Numbered from the stretch's first letter, positions 46,186 to 57,386 are shown. The stretch: DNA of 64,000 bases from Armatimonadota bacterium (GCA_037443365.1 JBBIOM010000001.1:1693-65692), one strand, 5' to 3'. The notes: generated by a model not told the origin, from the letters alone. Made by a program: numbers and translations.

Positions 46186-47742
46186 ATGGCCCGTGAGCAG
46201 CCCCCCGCGACCTGCCACAAACCCGCAACAACTGGGCCTTCCGAACTGCTCGTCATGCACGACATCCGGAAGGCCTTCCCCGGAGTCGTCGCCAACGATG
46301 GCGTGACGCTTCGCGTACGCGCCGGCGAAGTGCACGCCCTGCTCGGCGAAAACGGTGCTGGCAAGACCACCCTGATGAACGTGCTGTACGGGAGCCACCA
46401 GCCCGACGGCGGCGAGATCCGACTGCGCGGCCGGCAGGTGCGCGTCCGCTCTCCCCGCGACGCCCTGGCGCTGGGCATAGGCATGGTCCCCCAGCACTTC
46501 CTCCTGGTCCGGCGGCACACCGTCGCCGAGAACGTCGCCCTGGGGCTGCCGGGAGTGGGGTTCGTGGCGCCGGCGCGCCAGGTCGAGGCCAGCATAGGCG
46601 ACCTGGCGGACCGCTACGGCCTGCGGGTGGATCCACGCGCGCTCGTCTGGCAGCTCTCGCCCAGCGAACAGCAGCGCGTCGAGATCATAAAGGCGCTCAT
46701 CCGGGGAGCGACGATCCTCATCCTGGATGAGCCTACAAGCGTGTTGACCCCGCAGGAAGCGCACGGGCTGTTCGAGGTGCTGCGCAGGATGAAGCGCGAG
46801 GGGCACGCGGTGATCTTCATCTCCCACAAACTGGACGAGGTCGCGCAGATCGCCGATCGGGTCACGGTGATGCGCAGGGGGCGGACAGTGGCCACGCTGC
46901 CGGTCGAGGCGACCGACAAGCGGGCCCTGGCGCGCCTGATGGTCGGCAGGGACGTCGAGTTCAGGATCGCGAGGGACGCCTGCGCGCCCGGCGAGGAGGC
47001 GCTGTGCATCCAGGATCTCGAGGCTGCCAACGACCGCGGCCTCCCGGCCCTGCGAGGCGTATCGCTCCGGGTGCGCCGGGGCGAGATCGTGGGCATATCC
47101 GGTGTGGCGGGAAACGGGCAGCGCGAGCTGGTGGAGGTGGTGACCGGGCTGCGCCCGTCAACCGGCGGGCGCGTCAGGGTCATGGGGAAGGATGTCACCA
47201 ACCTGTCCGCGCGCGCGGTGCACGGCGCGGGCGTGGCGCACATCCCGGAAGACCGGATGCGAGTGGGGATCGTGCCGGGCCTCTCAGTGGCCGAGAACCT
47301 GGTGCTGCGCGACTACCGGCACCCTCCGTTCTCGCGGGGGCCGGTGATGGACCGCCGGGCAATCGGGGAGTTCGCACGCCGGTTGATAGCCGAGTACGAG
47401 ATCATGACCCCTGGACCTGCCACCCCGGTGCGCCTGCTCTCCGGCGGGAATATCCAGAAGCTCATCCTGAGTCGCGAACTGTCGGGCGATCCCGAGGTAA
47501 TCGTGGCGGCGCATCCCACCTCTGGCCTGGATGTCAGCGCCACGGAGCAGATCCACCGGCTGCTCTTGCGGCGCAGGCTTGAGGGGGCCGCCGTGTTGTT
47601 GGTGTCGGAGGACCTGGATGAGATACTGGCGCTCTCCGACCGCGTGGCCGTGATGCTCTCCGGCAAGATCGCAGGCGTCGTGGACGCCGCGCGCTGCAGC
47701 CGTGAGCAGATAGGGCTCCTGATGATGGGGCAGCACGCATGA
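46186..47742 (+). CDS. Nucleoside/sugar (CUT2-type) ABC transporter ATP-binding protein
   Basis: Two ABC domains: 'HALLGENGAGKTT', 'LDEPTSVLTPQE' and 'LSGGNIQK'. Confidence 0.92.
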   Translation: MAREQPPATCHKPATTGPSELLVMHDIRKAFPGVVANDGVTLRVRAGEVHALLGENGAGKTTLMNVLYGSHQPDGGEIRLRGRQVRVRSPRDALALGIGMVPQHFLLVRRHTVAENVALGLPGVGFVAPARQVEASIGDLADRYGLRVDPRALVWQLSPSEQQRVEIIKALIRGATILILDEPTSVLTPQEAHGLFEVLRRMKREGHAVIFISHKLDEVAQIADRVTVMRRGRTVATLPVEATDKRALARLMVGRDVEFRIARDACAPGEEALCIQDLEAANDRGLPALRGVSLRVRRGEIVGISGVAGNGQRELVEVVTGLRPSTGGRVRVMGKDVTNLSARAVHGAGVAHIPEDRMRVGIVPGLSVAENLVLRDYRHPPFSRGPVMDRRAIGEFARRLIAEYEIMTPGPATPVRLLSGGNIQKLILSRELSGDPEVIVAAHPTSGLDVSATEQIHRLLLRRRLEGAAVLLVSEDLDEILALSDRVAVMLSGKIAGVVDAARCSREQIGLLMMGQHA

Positions 47743-48842
47743 GGCGGCTGGGCCCGTTCCAGGTGGAGCGGGTGCTGGTCCCGTCAGGGGCGTGGGTGCT
47801 GGCGGTCTCGCTGTGCGCGATCGCCGCGGCCCTGGTCGCCGCGGGCCTGGTGTTCTGGGCGTTCGGCCTCAACCCCCTGCGGGCCTACGCGGTCATCTTC
47901 GCAGGAACGCTCGCGGACAGGCGCGCGGCGCCCGAGATACTGCGCCAGGCCACCCCGCTGCTGCTCGCGGGCGTCGGGCTGGTGCTGGCGTTCAGGGCGC
48001 AGTTCTGGAACATCGGCGCAGAAGGCCAGCTGCTCGCGGGCGCGGTCGCGGCGGCGGGCGTGGCGCTGTTCTCAGGCACGCCGGCCCCCTGGATGCTGCC
48101 CGCCATGTTCGTCGCGGGCTTCCTGGGAGGCGCCCTCTGGGGCTTCCTCCCTACACTGCTGCGCCTCAAGCTCGAGGTGAACGAGGTCGTCTCGACGCTC
48201 ATGATGAACTACATCGCCGCGTTCTCCGTGGAGTGGCTTATCCACGGACCGTGGAAGGGCAAGACCGCGTACGGGTTCGCCTACACCGACGCCTTCCCCG
48301 AGGCGGCGCGCCTGGCCCTTATCCCTGGCACCCGCGTGCACTGGCCCGCGCTGGCCCTGGCCGTCGCCCTGGCCGCCGGACTGGCCTTCTTCCTGGGGCG
48401 TGCGCGCCTCGGGTTCGAGATCCGCGTGCTGGGCGAGAACCCGACGGCGGCCAGGTATGCGGGCATGGACCCCACGCGAACGATCCTGATCGCGATGGCC
48501 CTATCGGCGGGCGCGGCCGGGATGGCGGGCGTCGGAGAGGTAGCCGGAATCCACCACAAGCTGCTCGCCCCCGGGCAGGTCTCAATGGGCTACGGCTATG
48601 CCGCAATCATCGTGGCGTGGCTGGCCCGCGGCAGCCCGCTGGCGGCGGTCATCACGGCGCTCTTTCTTGGCCTCATCTTCTCCAGCGGCGACGTCATGAA
48701 GGTCGCGCTGCAGATGCCCTTCCGCGTGACCGACGTCTTCAACGGGCTGATACTGTTCTTCCTCATAGGGAGCGAGCGGCTGCTCAACTACCGGCTGCGG
48801 TGGGCACCCGGCGATCGGGCAGGGGGGCCCGCGGATGCTTGA
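47739..48842 (+). CDS. Nucleoside ABC transporter permease
   Basis: 'WNIGAEGQ', 'NEVVSTLMMNYIA' and 'AARYAG'. Confidence 0.9.
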   Translation: MRRLGPFQVERVLVPSGAWVLAVSLCAIAAALVAAGLVFWAFGLNPLRAYAVIFAGTLADRRAAPEILRQATPLLLAGVGLVLAFRAQFWNIGAEGQLLAGAVAAAGVALFSGTPAPWMLPAMFVAGFLGGALWGFLPTLLRLKLEVNEVVSTLMMNYIAAFSVEWLIHGPWKGKTAYGFAYTDAFPEAARLALIPGTRVHWPALALAVALAAGLAFFLGRARLGFEIRVLGENPTAARYAGMDPTRTILIAMALSAGAAGMAGVGEVAGIHHKLLAPGQVSMGYGYAAIIVAWLARGSPLAAVITALFLGLIFSSGDVMKVALQMPFRVTDVFNGLILFFLIGSERLLNYRLRWAPGDRAGGPADA

Positions 48843-49695
48843 CTGGGTCCTGACAGCGATCATCCGGGCGCTGGCCGTGGGCACCCCGCTCCTGTGGGCG
48901 GCGTTGGGCGAGATATACGCCGAGCGCAGCGGCGTGATCAACCTTGGCGTTGAAGGCATGATGATCCTGGGCGCCCTGTTCGCCTTCGCCGTCGCCCACA
49001 CCACCGGCCTTCCTGCGGCCGGGCTCCTGGCGGCAGCGGCGATCGGCGGCCTGGCCGCGCTGCTGCACGCCTTCGTCTCCGTGACGCTACGGGCCAACCA
49101 GTACGTCTCAGGCCTGGCCCTGGCGATGCTGGGCCTGGGCCTGGCCGGCGTGCTCGGCCGAGGATGGGAGGGAACACCCCTGCTGGTGACCCTTCCCGAG
49201 ATCTCGGGCCTCACGTACCTGGGCCTGCTGCTGGCGGTTGGACTCTGGCTGCTGCTGTATCACACCCGTGCGGGCCTGGTAATCCGCTCCACCGGCGAGT
49301 CGCCCGCCGCCGCGGAGGCGCTGGGCGTCAATGTCTACCTGGTGCGCTACCTGTGCGTTGTGTTCGGGGGAATGCTGGCCGGCGTGGCCGGCGGATTCCT
49401 GTCCGTGGCCTACCGGCCCTCGTGGACCGAAGGCATGACCGCGGGCCTGGGTTGGATCGCGATCGCCATCACCATCTTCGCTGCCTGGGATCCGCTCAAG
49501 GCGGTCGGAGGCGCCTTCCTGTTCGGAGCCCTCTTCCACCTCTCATTCCGCCTGCAGGCCTGGGTTCCACCCGAGGCGCTCAGGATGATGCCGTTCGTCT
49601 TCACCATCCTGGTGCTGGCCGCGGCATCGAGCAGGCGCAGGGTGGTAGGAGCACCCGAGGCCTTGGGGGTTCCGTACGCAGGAGGTGAGAGATGA
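48835..49695 (+). CDS. Nucleoside ABC transporter permease
   Basis: 'ERSGVINLGVEGMM', 'GWIAIA' and 'PEALG'. Confidence 0.9.
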   Translation: MLDWVLTAIIRALAVGTPLLWAALGEIYAERSGVINLGVEGMMILGALFAFAVAHTTGLPAAGLLAAAAIGGLAALLHAFVSVTLRANQYVSGLALAMLGLGLAGVLGRGWEGTPLLVTLPEISGLTYLGLLLAVGLWLLLYHTRAGLVIRSTGESPAAAEALGVNVYLVRYLCVVFGGMLAGVAGGFLSVAYRPSWTEGMTAGLGWIAIAITIFAAWDPLKAVGGAFLFGALFHLSFRLQAWVPPEALRMMPFVFTILVLAAASSRRRVVGAPEALGVPYAGGER

Positions 49696-49786
49696 TATCC
49701 CTGGCGTGGCCGGAGCAGGCGGGAAAGACGCCAGGCCGCATCGAATAAGTCGAGTGCGCCGAGACATGAGGAGAAGGAGGGACACC

Positions 49787-50938
49787 ATGCGCTGGTTGAC
49801 TGCGTTGGTCGTGCTCGTTCTCGCAGGCTGTCTGGCAGTACCGGGCAACGCCCAGCAGAAGCTCAAGGCCGGGTTCGTGTACGTCGGCCCGATCGGCGAC
49901 TACGGCTGGACGCACGCCCACGACTTCGCGCGGAAGATCGCGGAGAAGAAGCTCCCCTGGTTGGAGACGATCTACGTCGAGAAGGTGCCCGAGGGCCAGA
50001 CCGAGTCGTTCATTGACAAGCTGATCCTGCAGGGCGCGCGGGTGATATTTACGACCAGCTTTGGGTTCATGGACGGAACGCTGGCCGCCGCCAAGCGTTA
50101 TCCCAACCACATCTTCGCGCACGCGTCGGGCTTCAAGCGCGCGCCCAACGTGGCGACCTACATGGCCGATTTCTACCAAGTGTACTACCTGAACGGCCTG
50201 ATGGCCGGCGCGGCGACCAAGAGCGGGAAGGTCGGCTATGTGGGCGCCTTCCCCATTCCCGAAGTGAAGCGCCACATGGGCGCGTTCGCACTGGGCGTCC
50301 GTGCGGTGAACCCCAAGGCCACCGTGCACGTCCGGTGGATCTACGAGTGGTTCAGCCCTACCGCGGCCAAGGAGGCCACCGAGGCCCTGATCGCCGAAGG
50401 GGTTGACGTGTTCGCCTTCACCGAGGACACGCCGACGGTCGTGCAGGTGGCGGCCAAGCGCGGCCTGCCCAGCTTTGGCCACTACTCGCCCATGCACAAG
50501 TTCGCCCCCAAGCACATGATCTCGGGTCAGCTCGTGCACTGGGACAAGATCTACGTGGACTTCCTGTCCAAGGTCTACGCCGGCAAGTACACCGCGGACA
50601 ACCTGGCCAAGGTGGACTACTGGTGGCTGCTGGCCGAGGGCGCCGTGGAGCTGGGCGGCGACTTCGGGGTACCCGTGAATCCCGCGTGGAAGGCCAGACT
50701 CCAGGCGGTCCGGGTGGCAACGCCCGACCTGGGCCGGCTCTCGGTCTACGACCTGGTCATGAAGCGGCTGGCCCAGATGTCGGATCCCAAGGTGACCTTC
50801 GAGCCCTTCACCGGCCCGATCAAGGATCGCAAGGGCGTCCTCCGGGTCCAGGCCGGAAAGCGCATGACCGTGGGAGAGCTCAACTCCATGGAGTGGGCGG
50901 CCCCGGGCATCGTGGGCCCCTGGCCCAAGGAGCCGTAG
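49787..50938 (+). CDS. BMP-family ABC substrate-binding protein (purine nucleoside)
   Basis: Signal peptide, 'GFVYVGPIGDYGWTHAHD' and 'FTTSFGF'. AAGGAGG RBS. Confidence 0.9.
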   Translation: MRWLTALVVLVLAGCLAVPGNAQQKLKAGFVYVGPIGDYGWTHAHDFARKIAEKKLPWLETIYVEKVPEGQTESFIDKLILQGARVIFTTSFGFMDGTLAAAKRYPNHIFAHASGFKRAPNVATYMADFYQVYYLNGLMAGAATKSGKVGYVGAFPIPEVKRHMGAFALGVRAVNPKATVHVRWIYEWFSPTAAKEATEALIAEGVDVFAFTEDTPTVVQVAAKRGLPSFGHYSPMHKFAPKHMISGQLVHWDKIYVDFLSKVYAGKYTADNLAKVDYWWLLAEGAVELGGDFGVPVNPAWKARLQAVRVATPDLGRLSVYDLVMKRLAQMSDPKVTFEPFTGPIKDRKGVLRVQAGKRMTVGELNSMEWAAPGIVGPWPKEP

Positions 50939-50960
50939 CCCTCTAGAGCACTCATCACAC

Positions 50961-51006
50961 CGCGCGGCGGGACGCTCGAGCACACGCTCGGGATGCCCGC
51001 CGCGCG
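50961..51006. terminator. GC-rich hairpin between the convergent BMP gene and tRNA-Gln
   Basis: Outer stem CGCGCGGCGGG/CCCGCCGCGCG with inner CGAGC/GCTCG. Confidence 0.55.
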
Positions 51007-51033
51007 ACCTGTTCGAGTTGGGGTCGGCCAATC

Positions 51034-51107
51034 TGGCTGGGGGAGGAGGATTCGAACCCCCGCTAACGGGTCCAGAGCCCGTCGTCCTACCGCTAGACGA
51101 TCCCCCA
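51034..51107 (-). tRNA. tRNA-Gln(CTG)
   Basis: TGGGGGA/TCCCCCA acceptor (U1-A72), anticodon arm ACGGG-CTCTGGA-CCCGT, T loop TTCGAAT, G73 and CCA. Confidence 0.95.
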
Positions 51108-51150
51108 GCATGCGGATGCCGCGGGAAGACCGCGGCGCTGCTCTTATTCG

Positions 51151-51180
51151 ATTATAGTAAAGGGCTCGAAACATGGTCAA
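51151..51180 (-). promoter_or_regulatory. Sigma-70-type promoter of tRNA-Gln
   Basis: Minus strand TTGACC-N18-TATAAT. Confidence 0.65.
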
Positions 51181-51211
51181 GCACGGTGTATCCTAGGACG
51201 CAGGTGCCATC

Positions 51212-52948
51212 GTGAGCAACGAGACTGGTATGCCTGCAAAGGAGCGGCGGGTCAGCCCGAACTTCATCACGGAGATCATTGATGAGGATCTCCGCCAGGG
51301 ACGCGTCGCCAAGATTATCACCCGATTCCCACCCGAGCCCAACGGCTACCTGCACATCGGGCACGCCAAGTCGATCTGCCTCAACTTTGGGCTCGCGCTC
51401 GACTACGACGGCGAGTGCAACCTGCGCTTCGATGACACCAATCCCGAGACCGAGGAAGTCGAGTACGTCGAGGCGATCAGGCGGGACGTGCAGTGGCTGG
51501 GCTTCCAGTGGGCAAGGGAGCTCTACGCCTCCGACTACTTCGAGCGCCTCTTCGCGATGGCGGTGCAGCTCATCCGGGACGGCGTGGCCTACGTTGACAG
51601 CCTGAGCGACGAGGAGATCGGAGCGTACCGGGGCAGCGTGGGCAAGCCCGGCAGGCCGAGCCCCTACCGCGACCGGGGCGTGGAGGAGAACCTGGACCTC
51701 TTCGAGCGCATGCGCTCCGGCGAGTTTCCAAACGGCGCCCACGTGCTGCGGGCCAAGATCGATCTCTCCAGCCCCAACATGAAGATGCGCGATCCGGTGC
51801 TCTACCGGATCGTGCACGCCGCGCACTACCGCAGGGGCGAGGCGTGGTGCATGTACCCTCTCTACGACTTCGCGCACCCTCTGTCGGACGCCATCGAGGG
51901 GATCTCGCACAGCATCTGCACGCTTGAGTTCGAGAACAACCGCGCGATCTACGACTGGCTCCTGGAGAACCTCCGTGGCAAGTGCGGTCTGCCCGAGTCA
52001 CCCCGTCCGCACCAGTACGAGTTCGCCCGGCTCAACCTGGACTACACGGTGCTCTCGAAGCGAAAGCTGATCCGGCTGGTGGAAGCAGGGCTCGTAGAGG
52101 GGTGGGACGATCCGCGCATGCCCACCATCTCGGGGCTGCGGCGGCGCGGGGTCAGGGCCTGTGCGATCCGGGAGTTCGCCAATCGCATCGGCGTGGCCAA
52201 GGCGAACAGCCGCGTGGACGTGGCGATCTTCGAGTCGGCCGTGCGCGACGACCTCAACTTCAGCGCCCCGCGCGTGCTCGCGGTGCTCAGGCCGCTTAAG
52301 GTCACGATCACCAACTTCCCCGAAGGTGAGGTCCGGCACCTCGATGCGCCCTACTGGCCACACGACGTTCCAAGGGAGGGCTCGAGGGTTGTGCCGTTCT
52401 CGCGAGACCTCTACATCGAGCGCGACGACTTCATGGAAGACCCGCCCAAGGGGTTCCACCGCCTGGCCCCGGGCGGCCTGGTGCGCCTGCGGCATGCCTA
52501 CGTGATACGCTGCGACGAGGTTGTGCGCGACGCCTCGGGTGAGGTCGCGGACCTGCGTTGCACGTACGATCCAGAGACACTGGGCCAGCGGCCCGCAGGC
52601 GGCCCGGTTCGGGGCGCCATCCACTGGGTGTCCGTCCCGCACGCGGTAGGGATCGAGGCGCGCCTCTACGACCGCCTGTTCCGCGTGCCCGACCCCGAGG
52701 CGGCCGGGGGCGAGTTCACGGACCACCTGAACCCCGAGTCGCTGACAGTCACCCGCGGCTGCATCGAGCCCAGCGTGATGGATGATCCCCCGGATACGCG
52801 GTACCAGTTCGAGCGCCTGGGCTACTTCTGGCAGGACCCGGTTGACTCGGGGCCCGGACGCCTGGTCTTCAACCGAATAGTGGCGCTGCGCGACTCCTGG
52901 GCGAAAGCAAGGGAAAGGCTCGGGGCAGGGCAGGGGCGCGCAGGCTAA
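51212..52948 (+). CDS. glnS: Glutamine--tRNA ligase
   Basis: '[24 protein letters not shown]', 'MRDPVLYRI', 'VLSKRKL', 'WDDPRMPT' and 'QFERLGYF'. Confidence 0.96.
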   Translation: MSNETGMPAKERRVSPNFITEIIDEDLRQGRVAKIITRFPPEPNGYLHIGHAKSICLNFGLALDYDGECNLRFDDTNPETEEVEYVEAIRRDVQWLGFQWARELYASDYFERLFAMAVQLIRDGVAYVDSLSDEEIGAYRGSVGKPGRPSPYRDRGVEENLDLFERMRSGEFPNGAHVLRAKIDLSSPNMKMRDPVLYRIVHAAHYRRGEAWCMYPLYDFAHPLSDAIEGISHSICTLEFENNRAIYDWLLENLRGKCGLPESPRPHQYEFARLNLDYTVLSKRKLIRLVEAGLVEGWDDPRMPTISGLRRRGVRACAIREFANRIGVAKANSRVDVAIFESAVRDDLNFSAPRVLAVLRPLKVTITNFPEGEVRHLDAPYWPHDVPREGSRVVPFSRDLYIERDDFMEDPPKGFHRLAPGGLVRLRHAYVIRCDEVVRDASGEVADLRCTYDPETLGQRPAGGPVRGAIHWVSVPHAVGIEARLYDRLFRVPDPEAAGGEFTDHLNPESLTVTRGCIEPSVMDDPPDTRYQFERLGYFWQDPVDSGPGRLVFNRIVALRDSWAKARERLGAGQGRAG

Positions 52949-53403
52949 CCCTCCAACCCCAGGTGGCGCCGGCACGCCTGGATGAATCCCAGCCACACGT
53001 CATCGAGATCCCAGAAGCGCCGGGCGTGCGCGTCCGCCTGCTCCACGGTCCAACCGAGGCGCGCCTGACCGTACAGCGCCACGAAGCTCGACACCCGGTA
53101 GTTGGCCGCGCAGTGTACGAACCTCTTCTTGGTCCTGCAGCGATCCATCAGGTCTATGAACCGCAGGAAGTCTTCTACCGCCGGGGCGTCGAACTTCACA
53201 GGGATCGCGTGGTACTCCAGCCCAAGCGCCCCTACCAAACCGGCCTCGTCCGGAAGGCAGTACCTGGGATCCAGGAGCCCCAGGTTCACCACCACCTCAT
53301 AGCCGGATGCGGCCACCACGCGTAGCTGATCCTCGGTGGGCTGGCCCGCGGTGCCCAGGCGCTCGTCAACCAGGTAGAAGTTCTTGATATCCTCGACCGT
53401 CAT
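52945..53403 (-). CDS. Protein tyrosine phosphatase-like protein (DUF442-type)
   Basis: 'TAGQP' and '[11 protein letters not shown]' (CX5R). Confidence 0.85.
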   Translation of the reverse strand: MTVEDIKNFYLVDERLGTAGQPTEDQLRVVAASGYEVVVNLGLLDPRYCLPDEAGLVGALGLEYHAIPVKFDAPAVEDFLRFIDLMDRCRTKKRFVHCAANYRVSSFVALYGQARLGWTVEQADAHARRFWDLDDVWLGFIQACRRHLGLEG

Positions 53404-53423
53404 CCTCGCCCCGTGCCTCCCAG

Positions 53424-54650
53424 CTACTCGTACACCTTCTCCTCGGTTCGATCCGCCTCAGCGGCGTCCGCCTCGACGTCCCGCCCGGGGGCGGGTAGTC
53501 CCAGTTCCTTGAAGTACTCGTGCTGGATCACCAGGTTCATGACCTCGTTTGTGCCGGTCCATATCATGGCCAGGCGCGTGTCGCGCAGCAGCCGCTCAAT
53601 GGGATAGACGCTGGTGTAGCCTATGCCGCCCATGATCTGCATGGCATGATTCACCACCTCCCATGCGGTGTCGGTGGCGAACTTCTTGGACTCGGACACG
53701 AGCCGGCGCAGGTAGCCCGGATCAGCGCCGGCGTCAACGGCGTGCGCGGTCGCATGCACGAGTGCCCGAGCGGCATCCAGGCGCGTGAGGGCGTCAGCCA
53801 CCTTGAAGCTGACTCCCTGGAAGGTACGGATCTTCTGGCCGAAGGCCTTCCGCTGACCGCTGTACCGGGCCGCGATCTCCAGGGCCGCCCTGGCCGTGCC
53901 CAGTACGCCCGCGGCGCTCGTCAGGCGCTCGGGGATCATCATCCGGTAGAAGACGTCGGCTCCACGGTTCTCCTCGCCGACCACGTTCTGCGCTGGGACC
54001 ACCGCGTCACGGAAGTAGACGCGCCCGGCGCCGCCGCCGCGCGTGCCCATCAGGCCGTAGACATGCTGGACCTCCACGCCGGGCCCGCGCTCAACAATGA
54101 AGGCTGTCAGCGACTGATGGCCAGGGGCGTCGTCGCGTGTGCGCGCGTACACCAGGAAGTAGTCGGCGCCTTCCGCGCCGACTATGAATCGCTTCTGCCC
54201 CCGCAGAATGAAGGCGTCTCCGTCACGCCGGGCACTGGTCGTGGCCCCGAAGAAGTCGGAGCCGCCCCGGGGCTCGGTCAATGCCTCTGCCACGGTCAGC
54301 CGGGCCTCGATGGCCGGGCGGAGCCAGCGTGCCTTCTGGGCGGGCGAGCCGAAGACGCTCAGGGCCTCGCCCACTATGCTGACGAGCGAGTACAGGCACG
54401 AAAGCGACCCTCCCAGGACGCCCATCTCCTCCAGCGCCACCACCTCTTCTGCCCAGCCCAGGCCGCGCCCCCCAAACTCCTCAGGAAAGCGCAGGCCCAG
54501 CAGGCGGCGCCGCGCCGCGGCTTCCAGGAATCCCCTTGGATAGTGGACGCGCTCGGCGTCCATGTCCAGGATGAGCTGCCTGGGCACGTCGTCGCGCACG
54601 AAGGAACGGGCCTCGTCACGCAGTTGCTGCTGGCGTTCCGACAGCACCAT
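53424..54650 (-). CDS. Acyl-CoA dehydrogenase
   Basis: '[10 protein letters not shown]', 'GQKRFI', 'QIMGGIGY' and 'IWTGTNEV'. Confidence 0.92.
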   Translation of the reverse strand: MVLSERQQQLRDEARSFVRDDVPRQLILDMDAERVHYPRGFLEAAARRRLLGLRFPEEFGGRGLGWAEEVVALEEMGVLGGSLSCLYSLVSIVGEALSVFGSPAQKARWLRPAIEARLTVAEALTEPRGGSDFFGATTSARRDGDAFILRGQKRFIVGAEGADYFLVYARTRDDAPGHQSLTAFIVERGPGVEVQHVYGLMGTRGGGAGRVYFRDAVVPAQNVVGEENRGADVFYRMMIPERLTSAAGVLGTARAALEIAARYSGQRKAFGQKIRTFQGVSFKVADALTRLDAARALVHATAHAVDAGADPGYLRRLVSESKKFATDTAWEVVNHAMQIMGGIGYTSVYPIERLLRDTRLAMIWTGTNEVMNLVIQHEYFKELGLPAPGRDVEADAAEADRTEEKVYE

Positions 54651-54661
54651 GGCGCCCTCTC

Positions 54662-56152
54662 CTATCCGGCCCCTGCGCCCGAGCCTCCCGCCGCCAGGAC
54701 GGCGGCGCGACGCAACCGCTCGAGGGCACGTTCACGTCCCAGGACTTCCATCAACTCAAAGAGACCCGGGCCTGCGGTCCTTCCTGTGAGAGCCACGCGC
54801 GCGGGATGCACGAGGGCCCGGGCTTCCACACCCGCGTCCGCACAGACCCCGCGGAGCACAGCCTCGATCGGGCCGCGGTCAAACGGCTCCAGGCCTTCCA
54901 GCCCCGCGGCCAGGGCCTCCAGCAGCGGGGCCGAGGCGGGCTGCAGGTGACGTGACGCGGCCTCGGGATCGTAGACGGGCTCGCGGAAGAAATAGTCGCC
55001 GTAGATCATGACATCGCCGGCGGTCTTCAGCCGGTCCCCTACCACCCCGACCACCTGCCCCAGGTACTGCCGCTGCTGCGATGTCATCCCACCCGCAAGC
55101 AGCCCCTCGCGCTCCAGGATGCGGGCGCACATCTCGACGACGCGGTTGCGGTCGTTCTCCACAAGCCGGCGCATGTACACGCCGTTCAGCCAGGTCAGCT
55201 TGTCGAGGTCGAAGATCGGCGAGGAACGACCCACGTCCTCGAGCCGAAAACCCTGGATCAGCTCCCCCAGCGCGTATACCTCGCGCTCCGCCTCGGGATG
55301 CCAGGCCATGAGCGCGAAGAAGTTCAGGATAGCCTCGGGCAGGAATCCCTGGCTGCGGTAGTCGCGCACGGCGGTGTCGCCGTGGCGCTTGCTGAGCTTC
55401 TTGCGGTCTGCGCCCAGGATCGTGGGCAGGTGCGCCACGGCCGGCGGCGTCCAGCCCAGGGCACGGTACATCACGAGCTGCTTGGGCGTGTTCGAGAGAT
55501 GCTCGCTGCCGCGGATGATGTGCGTGATCTGCATGAGGTGGTCGTCCACCACGTTCGCGAAGTTGTACAGCGGCGTGCCGTCCGAGCGGGCAATGATGTA
55601 GTCGTCGAGGTGCTCGGGCTCGAAGACCACGCGCCCGCGCACCAGGTCGTCCACGACTATGGGCTCACTCGACCCGGTCACCCGCAGCCGCAGCGAAGGC
55701 CGGCGTCCCGACGCCTCAAGGGCCGTGCGCTCGGACGGCATGCGATCGCGGCACCTGCCCGAGTAGCGGTGGGATCGTCCCGCAGACGAAGCCCGCGCTC
55801 GATCGGACTCCAACTCCTCGGGCGTGCAGTAGCAGGGATAGGCCGCGTCGCGGTCCAGCAGCGCCTGCGCGTAGCGCGCGTAGAGCGCCGTGCGCTCGGT
55901 CTGCCGGTAGGGCCCCAGGGGGCCTCCCACGTCAGGACCCTCGTCCCAGGTTATCCCCAGCCAGCCGAAGTCCGCGAAGATCGAATCCTCGTACTCCTGG
56001 GTGGAGCGCGTCCGGTCGGTGTCCTCCACCCTGAGAATGAACACCCCGCGGTGATTGCGGGCGTGCAGCCAGTTGAAGAACGCCATCCACGCCCCGCCCA
56101 TGTGCAGATAGCCGGTAGGGGACGGTGCGTAGCGCGTGCGGATCTGGGGCAT
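54662..56152 (-). CDS. gltX: Glutamate--tRNA ligase
   Basis: '[16 protein letters not shown]', 'LRVEDTD', 'THIIRG' and 'KLSKRHG'. Confidence 0.96.
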   Translation of the reverse strand: MPQIRTRYAPSPTGYLHMGGAWMAFFNWLHARNHRGVFILRVEDTDRTRSTQEYEDSIFADFGWLGITWDEGPDVGGPLGPYRQTERTALYARYAQALLDRDAAYPCYCTPEELESDRARASSAGRSHRYSGRCRDRMPSERTALEASGRRPSLRLRVTGSSEPIVVDDLVRGRVVFEPEHLDDYIIARSDGTPLYNFANVVDDHLMQITHIIRGSEHLSNTPKQLVMYRALGWTPPAVAHLPTILGADRKKLSKRHGDTAVRDYRSQGFLPEAILNFFALMAWHPEAEREVYALGELIQGFRLEDVGRSSPIFDLDKLTWLNGVYMRRLVENDRNRVVEMCARILEREGLLAGGMTSQQRQYLGQVVGVVGDRLKTAGDVMIYGDYFFREPVYDPEAASRHLQPASAPLLEALAAGLEGLEPFDRGPIEAVLRGVCADAGVEARALVHPARVALTGRTAGPGLFELMEVLGRERALERLRRAAVLAAGGSGAGAG

Positions 56153-56159
56153 GCCGGAA

Positions 56160-57113
56160 TCAGACGAACAGCAAACTGACGGATTGGTTGAGGTGGATGC
56201 GGCGAATCGCCTCGGCAAGAAGGGGTGCGGCCGAGAGCAGGGTGACCTTCGCGGGCGCCCCGCCCACAGGCAGCGGGATGGTGTTGGTGACGATCACCTC
56301 GCGGATCTCGGGCCGGGACAGGCGCTCGAACGCGGGACCCGCAAAGACAGGGTGGGTCGCGCACACGTGGATCTCGGGCACGCATCCCTGTGCGAGCAGC
56401 ACGTCCATGGCCCGGTCCACCGTTCCGGCCGTGTCAATGATGTCCTCAATGAGTATCGGCGTCCTGCCCTGCACGTCGCCGACCACCTGTATCGGCTCCT
56501 TGGCGTCCGCGCCGACGCGCCGCTGGAAGATCACGGCAAGGGGCAGGTTGAGCCGGTCGGCGAGCTGCTTGCTACGACGCACCGCGCCGTCGTCAGGGGC
56601 CACGACCACACCGTTCGTCAGGCTCTTGCGTGCCAGGTAGTCGGCGAACAGGGGAAGCGCCCGAAGGTGGTCCACCGGGATCGTGAAGAAGCCCTCGATC
56701 TGGCCGGCGTGGAGATCAACGGTCAAGACCCGGCTGACCCCCGCCGTTGTCAGCAGGTCGGCCACGAGGCGTCCGGTGATCGGCTCGCGGGGCGCGTCCT
56801 TCTTGTCCTTGCGGCCGTAGCCGTAGTAGGGAATCACGGCGGTGATGCGGCCGGCCGACGCGCGGCGGAGCGCGTCCACCATGATCAGGAGCTCCATCAG
56901 GTGCTCGTTGACCGGGTGGCACGTGGACTGCACGACGAAGGCGTCCTCGCCGCGCGCGTTCTCCTCGAAGCGGCAGTAGACCTCGCCGTCGGCGAAGCGC
57001 GTCAGCATCACCTGTCCCTGCGGGATGGACAGGTAACCGGCTATCTCTCGGGCCAGGCTGGGCACCGAGCTTCCGCAGAAGAGCTTCAGTTTCGCCAGAT
57101 CGGCATCTTCCAT
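56160..57113 (-). CDS. prs: Ribose-phosphate pyrophosphokinase
   Basis: 'RFADGE', 'PYYGYGR', 'DLHAGQI' and 'EDIIDTAGT'. Confidence 0.95.
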   Translation of the reverse strand: MEDADLAKLKLFCGSSVPSLAREIAGYLSIPQGQVMLTRFADGEVYCRFEENARGEDAFVVQSTCHPVNEHLMELLIMVDALRRASAGRITAVIPYYGYGRKDKKDAPREPITGRLVADLLTTAGVSRVLTVDLHAGQIEGFFTIPVDHLRALPLFADYLARKSLTNGVVVAPDDGAVRRSKQLADRLNLPLAVIFQRRVGADAKEPIQVVGDVQGRTPILIEDIIDTAGTVDRAMDVLLAQGCVPEIHVCATHPVFAGPAFERLSRPEIREVIVTNTIPLPVGGAPAKVTLLSAAPLLAEAIRRIHLNQSVSLLFV

Positions 57114-57122
57114 TGACGCCGG

Positions 57123-57386
57123 CTACCGCGGCTCCACGAGGAACTTGATCGCCGTCCGTTCCTCCCCGTCTATCATGACCTTCGCAAAGGCCGGGATGGC
57201 CACGAGATCTATCCCGTTGGGAGCGACATACCCCCGGGAGATGGCGATCGCCTTGACCGCCTGGTTCACCGCGCCCGCGCCAATGGCCTGTATCTCAACC
57301 GAGCCCTTCTCGCGCACAACCGCGGCCATTGCGCCGGCCACTGCCTTGGGCTTGGAATCGGCGGAGACCTTGAGCACCTCCGGCAT
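57123..57386 (-). CDS. spoVS: Stage V sporulation protein S family
   Basis: 'VLKVSADSKPKAVAGA..IQAIGAGAVNQAVKAIAI..EERTAIKF'. Confidence 0.95.
   Translation of the reverse strand: MPEVLKVSADSKPKAVAGAMAAVVREKGSVEIQAIGAGAVNQAVKAIAISRGYVAPNGIDLVAIPAFAKVMIDGEERTAIKFLVEPR

Noticed and set aside
50940-51110. Genomic island at tRNA-Gln
   Set aside because: No integrase and no repeat of the tRNA 3' end were seen in the window.
57123-57386. spoVS as evidence of endospore formation
   Set aside because: SpoVS occurs widely in non-sporulating bacteria, and there are no other sporulation genes in the window.
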